Source: Seison nebaliae
Taxonomy: Eukaryota
NCBI GenBank assembly: GCA_023231475.1
Contig: JALJEE010001441.1
Location: forward strand, 1 to 64,000
Direction: 5' to 3'
Length of the DNA: 64,000 nucleotides
The position numbers and the translations under genes were made by a program. Shown in pieces: positions 39,401-50,797 of this stretch. Within the stretch, counting starts at the first letter, position 1; each line of letters starts with the position of its first letter. The notes below the pieces were generated by a model. It was given only the letters and a program-made list of their open reading frames with translations, was not told where the DNA came from and made no database searches.

Positions 39401-40676
39401 TGCACAAAAAATGCACGAAAAATGCACAACTTCATTAATGAAATATACTCGACATCCACTGTACAGACCCATTCGAACAGCAGCACGTAACGCCGCATTC
39501 ATTCCTAAACATTTTGAAAATTATTAGAAATTATAAATAAATTAGAATGTTCATGATTAGGAATCGATTTATTGATAATTTTAACATTATTTTTTTTCAA
39601 CATAATTAGATTTGTCTTATTCATTAAAAAAGATGGTAATATAGAATGTAAATATAGAAGATTCATTCCTTTCGAAGTAGTTGAAGGAGAGGAATAAGAA
39701 TAGAAGGAATGGGAACCTTGACAATCACCACCCGATGTCAATATTCCGAGAGCGACACCTCGGAATGAACATGGCTCAATAAATTTAAACAAATTTTGAG
39801 TCACTGAACATTGGGGAACGAGACTTCCAAGACGTCTTCGTGTCTGTCGATGAATGACTACTTCCTCGTCCGTTGATAAATTGCCCGTTGGAGATTGGAG
39901 TCCCGATGAGTCGCCACCATCATGAGGTTGTTCACATCGCATAGCCATTGGAAATGGAGTTGATAGAAACACGGAAGAAAATACAGAATATTCTTTTTGA
40001 ATTGATTAATTGAATATGAGAAAGAAACGAATAAATTCTCCTTGGACACAGAAACGAAATATATTTCTCTTTCTAAAACGAATGATGAGGATAGACTACT
40101 AAAAGTTTCAATTCTTGTGATTTTCTGCTTTTTCCGAAGATGATTATAGGGAAAATTCCTATTTCAGCAATTTCTCTAATTTCTCCATCTCCATCAATTA
40201 AACGTGAAATTTTAAGAAGACAAAATTCAAATTTTTAGTTTAAAGCGAAACTCATCGCTATTTTCATAAAATGGAAAGTTCTTAATTTCTCCTCGAGAGA
40301 ATCATTAAATAATTTAATGTAGAGAAATTGATGAATAAGTAATTAATAGTTTATATGAATGGATTTGTGAAGGACAGAAAGATTGGTGAGAAAGAATATT
40401 TTTAATTCGTTAGAAATAGAATAGAAAAAGAACCTTGAGCATCTCCTCCACTCGTCAAAATGGCCATTACTTTTTTCTGATGGGCATTACGGAAAGCATG
40501 GAATGTGTTAACAGAATTTCGATTTCCGCGCTAATATTTTGTAAGGAATTTAAATGAGAATTATATTATATAAATATTATTTAAACTTTTACAGATAAAT
40601 CGAATTCTTTATCTGGTTTACAATTGATGCACGATCCATCCAATTTGAGCGGTGCTTTTCGAGTCGGACTATCCAT
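36460..40676 (-). CDS. PFK: ATP-dependent 6-phosphofructokinase, multi-exon, two alternative N-termini
   Basis: ILTSGGD(A/C)[79 protein letters not shown]. Stop at 36460-36462. Confidence 0.97.
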
Positions 40677-41041
40677 TTTTGTCCTTTTTTTAATGTTGAA
40701 TCATAAAATGAAATTGAACGAATGAAAATTAGAAGGAAATTTATTTTAAAAAAGAATTGAGAAGGTGATTTCTCTTTTTTCTATTGATTATTCTTCGTAT
40801 CTGTATATGGTGTGCACATTCGTCGTTTTATGAACGAAAATGAAATTGAATAGAATTAATATTAATTTGATTAATATGGAAATGTTGTAGGTAGAAATAG
40901 AGAAGTGAAGATGAGAGAGAATTGTCATGTAATTGAATGAATTTTATATTCAATTAATTTCACATTTATTTCATTCTATCATAGACACTTTTTTTTGTGG
41001 TCATATTACATATTTTGTGAAAAGAAGACATCGGTGTAAAA

Positions 41042-42685
41042 ATGGCATTTGTTGGTGATAGTTCATCGACTATAGAATATGCACCAAATTTGAATGACAT
41101 TATCGAAAAGAAATCATTAAAATGGATATTTGTTGGAGGGAAGGGTGGTGTGGGAAAAACAACTTGTAGTAGTAGTCTCGCTATTCAAATAGCGAAAGTG
41201 AGAGATAAAGTCTTGATCTTATCGACTGATCCTGCTCATAATATATCGGATGCATTCGGTCAGAAGTTCTCCAAACGACCAACACTCGTTAAAGGTTTCG
41301 ACAATTTATACGCGATGGTTTCCTTCCTTTTATTCTCAATTAATCTTCCAATTATTCTTTAATCTCTTAAAAAAGGAAATTGATCCGACGGGTGGAATGA
41401 ATGAATTACCTGAAGAATTTCTCTCTTCAGAAAATAATGAAAGCGGACAACCAAGTTCTCATTCTCTTTCTCTAACGGAAATTCATTAAGAGAATTAACT
41501 AGACATCTTTAATTTAAGCAAAACGGTAATGAAAGATTTCTTCAATTCTTTTCCTGGAATTGATGAAGCAATGAGTTTTTCGGAAGTAATGAAGTTAAAT
41601 TAAATTTGATGTAAACATGATAATGACGGATGTTTACAGATTAGTGAAGAGTCTCGATTTTTCTTGTGTTGTATTCGATACTGCTCCAACTGGTCATACA
41701 TTAAGATTTCTCTCGTTTCCTTCTGTTATTGAGAAAGGATTGTCGAAACTGCTCCAATTAAAAGGACAATTCGGTCCGATGTTATCTCAGGTTAAATTTT
41801 ACTTATAATTCTTTAAGTGTGTTAATGGAGAAGAATGGAGATGATGAGTAATAGAAAAAGAAGATTTATTGTTCATATATCAATCTCCCAAATGAATTAG
41901 TCGCAGATCTGTAAAATGTTTGACTATAGAACAGAAGTCTTCTTTCTCTCTATTTACTTCATTACTGCCATTTGTGCACTATTATTCTTTTCTTTAAAAA
42001 ATATTTTTCTTTTCATGTATATAGATGGGTACATTATTCGGTTTCAATGATTTGGATACAAATATGCTTGCCTCCCGACTAGAGGAGTCATATGAAACTG
42101 TCAAACAATTGAATAGCCAGTTTCAGAACAAGGTCATTCTTTCATATTACTTCCTCTCTCACCCATCACCTCCCGACTTTTCTTATAATTATATATTAAC
42201 ATATGCTAATATGTTCAAAAACTACTGTATGTACATGTATTGTATGATGTATAAAATGATAATGAGAAGAATTACTTTTATGTCCATTCTCAATTCGACT
42301 TTATTTTTTTAGGCGCAAACTACTTTCGTGTGTGTATGTATCGCCGAGTTTCTCTCCGTATACGAAACGGAAAGACTGGTCCAAGAATTAATTCGATATA
42401 AAATCGAAGCAAATCATATTATCGTCAATCAATTGATCGGAAATGAAAACGGCTCTTTCACACCGTGTGAAATGTGTAAATCACGATATGAACTCCAAAA
42501 TAATTATTTGCAACAAGTTTCCCAAATTTCCTTCTTCTCGTTTTTTAACTACTTCAATACAGATTGATGAATTGTATGACGAGTTCCACGTAGTTAAAAT
42601 CCCACTTCAAAAACGCGAAGTAAGAGGCATTGAATTCCTCAAAGACTTCTCTCAATACCTCACGTCGGAGAAGGTCAGAGACTGA
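41042..42685 (+). CDS. ASNA1: ATPase ASNA1/GET3 (TRC40), 7 exons
   Basis: [53 protein letters not shown], CxxC. Introns 41318-41375, 41455-41502, 41594-41639, 41791-42024, 42133-42312, 42517-42562. Confidence 0.97.
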
Positions 42686-43841
42686 CGGAGACAGATAATT
42701 CAAATTTTAATAAATTTATTTCTCATCAAATAAAAAAGAAATTATTCAAAGAATTATATATATTATTATTTCTTTTTAATTTTATTACGATGCAAATTAA
42801 TTAATTGATCCCATTATCTGATTATTAAGACGTTCGATTTTATTCTTTTTCAATTTAAATGGAACGAACCAAACAGATTCGTTGAATGTTGAAAAGTGTC
42901 TGGTGATGAATGACATAATTCATATACATCGCTGTATATGTGACATCATCAAATTCTCTTTTCATCATAATGTAAGCTATTGACAAATTTCATCGTCATT
43001 ATGCGAGATGATACTGACGAATATCATCGGAATGATAACATCAGCAAACATCAACGACAATGATGATTTGTTTAGCTATTCAATAAAATATAAAGTCTCT
43101 TGTGTAATGTAAAGCATATTTCTCTTCATCATTTCCCTTAAAAATTAATATATATAATAAAACGACAATTTTCAACTACTGACAAATGCTCTTTTTTATG
43201 TGTTAATTTTGTTTGGAGATATTTGAAAAAATTAATTCTTTTATTATGCTATGATAATGATATTGTACCAAATGAAATGATTATAATATTACATAAATTG
43301 AAATGATAACGATGAAAAATTATATAAATTAAAATGAGATGATAATGAGCCAAATCAATGATTTATGGAATGTAGTAATGTATAGGAATATGTATCATTA
43401 AGAGTATTAAGGTGAAATGATTTATTCTAATAATTTTGAAGCGAAAAAAGAAACTTCACGAACAGTTTCCTGCAAAATAATAGAACCGATTCTATGATGT
43501 TATCACCGATTCATCTTTTGTAGAGAAACCTTAGGGTAAAGGGGAGATTAACTGATGAGACACATGTAAATGTAAGAGAAATTAAAAATCGAATGAATGA
43601 AATTCTTCTATTTTTTCTCTCAATTTATACTCGAACTGAATGTTGAAAAGTAATATTGTAGAATGGATTTAACAGAAACATAAACGAGGAGCACATGTTA
43701 ATCCACGTGTTTTAACATGTGGTTAAGCTTAAAATTTTAAATTTACAATTATCACATTTTATGATAATTAAATTCCCAACACAATATGAATTTTTAAACA
43801 TCTGCTTTCCTTTAATCTTGATAATGTTAATATGGATCTTT

Positions 43842-45488
43842 TTATTTCTCGTCAGTCTCCACCTTTTTCGGAACAACCCTAATTGCGGGAACATTTAAAT
43901 TAGGATCTTTATTGTACATCGGACAAGTAGAAGCATGTTGCATATGAATCTCTTCCATCGCATATTCTTTAGGTGGTGAGGTATCTGAAAGAGAATTAAA
44001 TCGATTTCTTCAAATTTATAATGTAACTATTTTCTTGTTTAGCTGAAAGTGGATTATGTGCATTAAATATCATTCCAGCGAATAAGCAACCCAATACTGC
44101 GGCAGACCAAAAAATTGTGATATATAACGGTAATTTAACTGTCCAATCGAATATGTGAGTTTAGTGAGATAGAATGACTAACAACTCGATTCCGGTTTTA
44201 ATATCCATCGGAAAATAGCGTAACCTTCAGAATTACTTAATTTGCATTGATAGACACCTTCAGTAAACCTTTCGATTATCATCGATTTAGACGACGAGAT
44301 ATTCGGTGCTGTTTCCATATAAATGATTTGCATATCTCGATCTTCATCACTCTCCGTTGGTGAGTAATACCAATAGATCGACTAAAGTTTACTTGAAGAA
44401 ATGTCAAATATAAAATAAAATTGAAACAAGTATAGGAGAATTGGATGTTATGGGACAGAATAATGGTAGCGGTTCATTTGGATGACCAACTGGTCTTTGT
44501 AGGACTTGCTCATCTCGGACATAAGGTCCAATTTGTGGTTGTACCGTTAGATCACAATCAACTTTTACATTTCCTCTATCAGACAAACAAAGTAATTTAG
44601 TCACTGTCTCGCTGTCTTTCGGTCGTTTCACTTCAACTTTTTGTTCAATATAATGCTTCTTATGTAAATGTCGAACGTATGTAGTGACACTTTCTGGTTT
44701 AATCTTTTTCTTTCCTAAAATTTAATTATTTTATTTCCTACTAAAATTTATCATTTAAAACTTCTATCCGAAGCTGAACAAATAATTCCTGGTAATTCGA
44801 AATCACTTTTTTCACTTGTCGTTCTCTTCGTAGCATACCAATCACTCACTTGCAATTTAGCTTGCAGATATAAATGATTATTATCTCTTCCCTTATGCAA
44901 CGAACATTGGATAGCTGTTGAATTTAAACTGTCAAAATGGAAATATAAATTAATTTTAACGATGCATAATTTTGAAGAGATATTTTTTGATAAAATCTCC
45001 TTTCTTTATCAGATCTCTCGTCGTCAATAAGATCTCCTTCGCAATGAAATCTATTGACATTCGATAAATGATGAGATCTGTTCCTTTTTGATCATAAATT
45101 TTCTTATATCTATTTAATAATTAAATTAAATTAAATTTAAATTTTTAATGAAATAAACTCAGGAGGAGTCATCAAATGATCACCACCAACTACAAATGAT
45201 TCATAAGGATCTTTTAACTGTCAAAATAACAATTATTCATAATTGTATTAAAATTTAATAACTTTATTCACTACCAACCATCTGGCATCTAATATTTCTG
45301 CATTTAACAATGGTCGAGGTATCCGTAAATAAGAATCGATAGCGACAATCAAAGTTTCAATGTTTTTCATTTCTATTAAGAATATTTAGAATTGTCTTTC
45401 ATTTAAAACTTTTACCTGATCGATCAGGTAGTAGAGTCAATAATGGAATTATGAAGAAGAAATGATTGAAAAAATTTTTGCAAATCAT
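43842..45488 (-). CDS. Uncharacterised type-I membrane protein with Ig-like domain(s), ~9 exons
   Basis: Reconstructed by hand: hydrophobic leader (MICKNFFNHFFFIIPLLTLL), Ig pattern LFCPITS..IYWYY..EGVYQCKLSNSEGYAIF, TM (LYITIFWSAAVLGCLFAGMIF) and a short tail. One junction near 45070-45160 is ambiguous. Confidence 0.7.
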
Positions 45489-45547
45489 TTTTTTTTATTA
45501 CGAAAAAAATTGATGATGATTTCTTCTTATATTCGTTTCTTTTCAAT

Positions 45548-47405
45548 TTATCCTTTCGAATTATTTTCAATTTCTAATTTTTCTTCTCTCTCTTCCCTCC
45601 CCATTGTTGGAATCAAATGAATAATTGCACAATACATATTCTTATTCGTCGCCACATGACGAACTTCATTCACTTCAATTCTCTTCTTAAAATTTTTATA
45701 CAATTCAAAATTCTCTAAAAATTTTTTCCCAATTTCAGTAGGAGCATTCTGGAAACGGTTTTTCCTCGTTGTTTGTTGTTCGCGGACAGCCGCTCGATAT
45801 TCCTCCAAATCGAAACAATAACAAAAAATTTGGAAAGAATTCTTCTCCCCGAATTTTCCAATAATTTCTGATAATAATGGCAGGAATGTTGGTGCCAATT
45901 CCGGTAGATTCATTATCACATAAATTGAATTATTTTCCGGATTTTCTTCAAGAAATCTTTTCATGTCCGTTCGAATAACCTCACCAGCATCTTTATTATA
46001 ACATTCATACAATTCTTTAAAATCTGAAATGTTTCCGATAGAAAATTATTTTAATCGACTTGAAATTATTTAAACCGAAATTTATTTTATTCTTTTTCAT
46101 TTTGGAACGACTCAATTTAATATTCTTCTCAAAATTGATCAATAATGATTTGTAGCAATCTGGATTAAGATCGTTTGCAAAAATTTTAAACGGAAATTTT
46201 CCATTTGTCTGTCGTTGAATCGATTCTTCTAATAATTGATAAGTTATCGGAATAACAAACGGACCGATACCAGCGAACAGATCAAAAATTATATGATTTT
46301 TTTCTTGATCGTTTGAAATTGATTGAATAACTTTCGATATTGTACGATCATGTTCAGTACCTGCAAATGGAAATTGAGAGGTAAATTTGAAAGATGAATA
46401 TAAACTCAATCTTGAATTCCAGAAAACTTTGGAGAAATCGAAATAATACGAAAATTTATTCTCTTTACAACATACATTAGTATCCATTTGATATTTATTG
46501 AGAAATGATTCATTTTCTTCCTCGTGAATATTGGCAAATATTTCTCCTTCTCCATTCTTCACAGCAAGAACTTCAAATTGAAGATTTCGGAATTGATTCG
46601 ATAAACTTCCTAATTTATTCACGACGATCGATGAGGTAACGATCTTTTTCAATAAACAAACAGCTAAAAAAATTAAATTATAATTCAAATATATATAATA
46701 GAAAGAAACCGATTGTATGTCGATAAGTCTTCCAACTTTCTCTCAAATTTAATTGAATAATATTTCCAATTTGACTGAATCCACCACGATTTATATCAGA
46801 TTCTTTCGATAATCGTATTCTCTTTATCGTTTCGTCGTCGTCGTCATCATCGTTATCAAATTCAGATTGAATATGATCGGCGTAACTGTTGAAAATGTCA
46901 GTCATGTTAATGTTGTGGAAATGAAGAAGGAATTTATCGTGAAGAAAAGTCATTGTCTTCTTTTCAATTTTTTCAACGAAAATATCTTTCGTTAAATATT
47001 TCTTCAATAATTCCTGATAGATTTTCTCATCAATCTTCTCATCAATGAACATTCGATTTACAAACACTTTTCTTCTTTTAATTTTCTCATCCGTCGACGA
47101 TTCATTTATTTGCGATTCAATTATTGTTGTTGTTGTTGTTGTTGTTGTTGTGTCAGGAATGAGTTCGTTTGGTTGATGAATGACCAAATGTAAATTTGAT
47201 TTTTGTAAACATTTCCTGAGTTTTCCATCTTCACCACAACGTATCGAGAGATATGGTAAAATGAAATGTTTGTCGAATAAATCGAAAAAATCTGGTTTTA
47301 TTCGTTCCTCAGTCACTCTGATAATTGAGGAAACTAGAAATTAAATGAAAAAAATGAAATTAAATGAAATTAAAAAATTTCACCAATTTTAATGGGACAA
47401 TTCAT
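45548..47405 (-). CDS. TRMT5: tRNA (guanine-N1)-methyltransferase TRM5, 5 exons
   Basis: GFSQIGNIIQLNLR, FDFSKVFWNSRL-STEH, DLFAGIGPF, ANDLNP, VIMNLP. Short first exon MNCPIKI. Confidence 0.9.
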
Positions 47406-47551
47406 ATTTGACCAGATGGGACAACTGGTACATGAGAAGGAAAGATGTCTAAATTCAAAAGATAAACCATATTTATTCATCAACAAATTTCTCAAATGAA
47501 AAAAATCGCATAAAAATTAATTGAAATAAATTCTCTTGTTAAACAAATTTC

Positions 47552-47896
47552 TCACCACCATTTCGATTTCGTCGTATCTTTTTGCTTCGACGATTCGTCA
47601 CTAGCAAAATCGTAACCAGTCGATCCAGTTGAAAAGGACGACGTGTCGTCATTATTCATCATCGATGAGATGTTGGTTAAACGGTCAGTGAGGAATTTCG
47701 TTGTATCCACAAATCTTTCCACACAATTTTGGAGACAATTTGTACTGTAACTGTCCATAGAACTGGATTGTTTCGATTTGTCATTCAGACATTTGTCCCA
47801 ACATTCACTAGTCAATTCACTGATCATTTGTTTCAGGATTTGTTCCTGTTGATGTTGTTGTAATTCTCGTTGTAACGTTGGATCAATTTTACTCAT
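47552..47896 (-). CDS. TIMM8: Mitochondrial small TIM chaperone Tim8
   Basis: Twin CX3C: ECWDKC ... CLQNCVERFVDTT. Ser-rich C-terminal extension. Confidence 0.9.
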   Translation of the reverse strand: MSKIDPTLQRELQQHQQEQILKQMISELTSECWDKCLNDKSKQSSSMDSYSTNCLQNCVERFVDTTKFLTDRLTNISSMMNNDDTSSFSTGSTGYDFASDESSKQKDTTKSKWW

Positions 47897-48095
47897 TTTC
47901 TTTCAATTAAATAATTCAACGAAATTTCCACTTTTAGAAGCTAACGAAAGAAATTTAAAAACAAATGAAAAACTTTCAAATATTTTTCCTTTAAATTTTC
48001 CAAACTGTTCATTTTCACATTAGAAATTAATTTGAAATTTTTTCCATAATTTTTTCAAATGAGAAATATTTTCCGAAAATTTTAAATTTGGAAAA
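47897..48095. promoter_or_regulatory. Probable bidirectional promoter between Tim8 and GTF2H3
   Basis: Head-to-head ATGs separated by a 199-bp AT-rich spacer. Inferred from geometry only. Confidence 0.5.
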
Positions 48096-49028
48096 ATGGA
48101 AAAAATTTTCAATCTTCCACCACCTCCAAAGGCTGCTCAACGTAAAGATCCAGTGACTGCAGTTATTGTGGATGTGAGTTACAAGAATTGGGAGGGTGAA
48201 TTGTCGATTCTGATCGAAAGTCTTTGTTCGTTTATTCGAATTTCCCAAATTATCAACGCGAAAAAACGAATTATTGTCATTGGATGTGATTCGTTCATTT
48301 CTCATTTTATTTTCGATACAAACAAATATAAAGACGCTCCTCCACTTATCCGTCAGATTCGTATAGATATAATTGATGGAATTGAAGAACTGAGAAAATT
48401 ATCATTCGATCGATTAATGAGAAGAATTGATGAAGATCAATTGAAAACTCAATACGTCTTATCAGAAGCAGTTAGTCGTGCTGTTTGTATTATGACAAAG
48501 AAATTATATCGAGAGAATGTCAAAAATGAATTAATTCTAATTCAATTCGATTCCGTTTATAATCCGTCTATTAATTCCATCAAAAATGTTTCACTCATTC
48601 CAACTCATCAACAAATGTCATCCATCACCTCAGTCTTCTTATTAGAGAAACAAAATATTTTATTCACTGTCATTCATATCATCTCCAATGAACGCGTCAC
48701 AAACAATCGATATATCATCCAACAAGCCATTTCTGCAACTAACGGAATTTATGTGGAAATCGAACGTCGAACACAACTGCCCAAATTACTAAATTATCTT
48801 TTGAAAAGTGTGGGTAATACGGTTGAGCGTAATATGATGAAAATGAACATCGTTCGTAGCGAACACACAACTTGTTGTTGTCATCAACAATTAATTGATC
48901 AAGGATATCTTTGTACCACTTGTCTCACACTCTACTGTCGTCTTGTTCCTTTTTGTATTTTCTGTCGATTAGAATTAGCTAAAGAGCGCAAAGGTATGAG
49001 ACATGTTCGACTTAATGGATGGGCCTAA
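48096..49028 (+). CDS. GTF2H3: TFIIH subunit p34/Tfb4
   Basis: vWA-like start (AVIVDVS), IIQQAISATNGIY, and C-terminal zinc module CCCHQQLIDQGYLCTTCLTLYCRLVPFCIFC. Intronless. Confidence 0.85.
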   Translation: MEKIFNLPPPPKAAQRKDPVTAVIVDVSYKNWEGELSILIESLCSFIRISQIINAKKRIIVIGCDSFISHFIFDTNKYKDAPPLIRQIRIDIIDGIEELRKLSFDRLMRRIDEDQLKTQYVLSEAVSRAVCIMTKKLYRENVKNELILIQFDSVYNPSINSIKNVSLIPTHQQMSSITSVFLLEKQNILFTVIHIISNERVTNNRYIIQQAISATNGIYVEIERRTQLPKLLNYLLKSVGNTVERNMMKMNIVRSEHTTCCCHQQLIDQGYLCTTCLTLYCRLVPFCIFCRLELAKERKGMRHVRLNGWA

Positions 49029-49449
49029 TCATTTCTTAACGATATATATTTTAATAGAAAATTTTATAATTTCCGTTTTTATCTTAAATGAATGGTTAAT
49101 ATCAAAATTTGATAACAACGGTTTTTTCCGGAAAAATTTTGATAAAAAACGGTTTTTTCTAATGAAAATTTAAACTAAAACTAAAATTCTTAATAAAACT
49201 CAAAAAAAAAAAAAGAAGTATTTGTAAATTAAAGTCAAAAATAAAATTGTAAAAAGTAAAAAGAGAATTTCTAAAGAGAACTCAGAAGGAAATGGAAATT
49301 TCACGGAAAATTTTGATGGTAATAAAAACCATTAAAAAATCTTCATTTAATTCACTCCAATTAGTTAACCTTCGAATGATAAATTATTTCGGATACTGAT
49401 CTAATGAAGTGATGAAACGCGGTCGCAACTAATTTCTTGTCATTATCAG

Positions 49450-50647
49450 ATGATGGAATTGAGACGAATTCAATCTCAACTCATCACGAGTTAATTTCCG
49501 TTTAAACTCCGATGGGGACCTCCTTCGCCCTCTTCATCTTCTACTCTATTAGATACGTCGCGGCTATTTATGGTGGATGTAACCATCAATGACGAATGCT
49601 GCTCACTTTCATCTACTCTTCCGATGTACAAGAATCCATTCTCAGAGAAACATAACGAATGGGATGAAGTGAACAGTTATAAAGATCTTCGATTCCTTCC
49701 CAATTCTCATTCGATTCTTTTTCCTCAAATAAACATTTCTCTCTAATCATGAAATCTAATCAATTAAAACTGATTACTTGTCGTGTTATGTTTCTTCTTT
49801 CGCGATATTGTCGTCAAAAGAATTATCGTTTAGTCAATCAATTAAATCAGTTGAAAGAATCAGTTGGGAATGATACGACGGAAAGTGAAGAGGAATTATT
49901 TTTTAGAAATTTCCGAATTCGTCAAAATTCTCCATCTTATCAATTTTTTTCAAATGAATATGTTCAAGTTAATGATGTGATTGCTGTTCATTCACTTCTC
50001 CATCGTGATAAATGTATCGATGCCGACGGTAAAATTAAACGACCATTAAATTCTTTTATGGTATGGGCAAAAGTTTGTTTTTGAAAAAAGTTTCATTAAA
50101 ATTTATATAAATAGATTATTCGAAAAATTATTAATGATATCGATTGGAAAGAGTCGTCGAATACGAAATTGCAAATTTCACCAAATCAAAAAGTTTCAAA
50201 AATCGATGAAAGACGAATTCTCCGTTTATCGAAAATCTTGGGTGGAGTTTGGAAGTTCGTATCTTTTCATATCATTAAATACTCATTAAATGGTAAATCA
50301 TCTGGTGATAATTGTCGAATTAATTTTTTTGCAGAACTCTCAAAGAAGAAGATAAAAGACCGTTCATAGAAGCAGCGGAAGTGCTAAAAGAACAACATCG
50401 ACACCATTTTCCTTCCTATCGATACCGACCGAATAAACGATCGAAATTGACACCGGTTTCCGACGAACAACAAATCGAAGTGGTGAAATATCCAATGAGA
50501 ATATCTCGAATAAAACTATCTGATTTATCAACAGTGAAAGAATTTCATATACATCCCAATATGATTCCGCCAATTATCGAAAGTGATTTGATGATGACGG
50601 AAACGGACGAAGGATATACATCCTTCAATTCATTTACTGAAACTTGA
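49450..50647 (+). CDS. Divergent Sox-like HMG-box protein (5' exons uncertain)
   Basis: KIKRPLNSFMVWAK | ...LSKILGGVWK | TLKEEDKRPFIEAAEVLKEQHRHHFPSYRYRP, joined by two GTT..AG introns. Upstream exons from 49450 are tentative. Confidence 0.75.
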
Positions 50648-50797
50648 ATTAATTTCACATCTTTTTTTCATTAATCCATTTATTTATTTTATTCTCTCAA
50701 TTGATATTATATAAAATTTTTATCTAATCAAATTATGATGATTTTTTCCCCTTTAAAAAGATCCAGAGACAAAAAATTCACTTTTCTCTTCACCGGT

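Noticed and set aside
42900..43070. C/D-box snoRNA or SECIS downstream of ASNA1
   Set aside because: TGATGA and CTGA words are very common here. No terminal stem, recognisable guide sequence or proper SECIS core is present.
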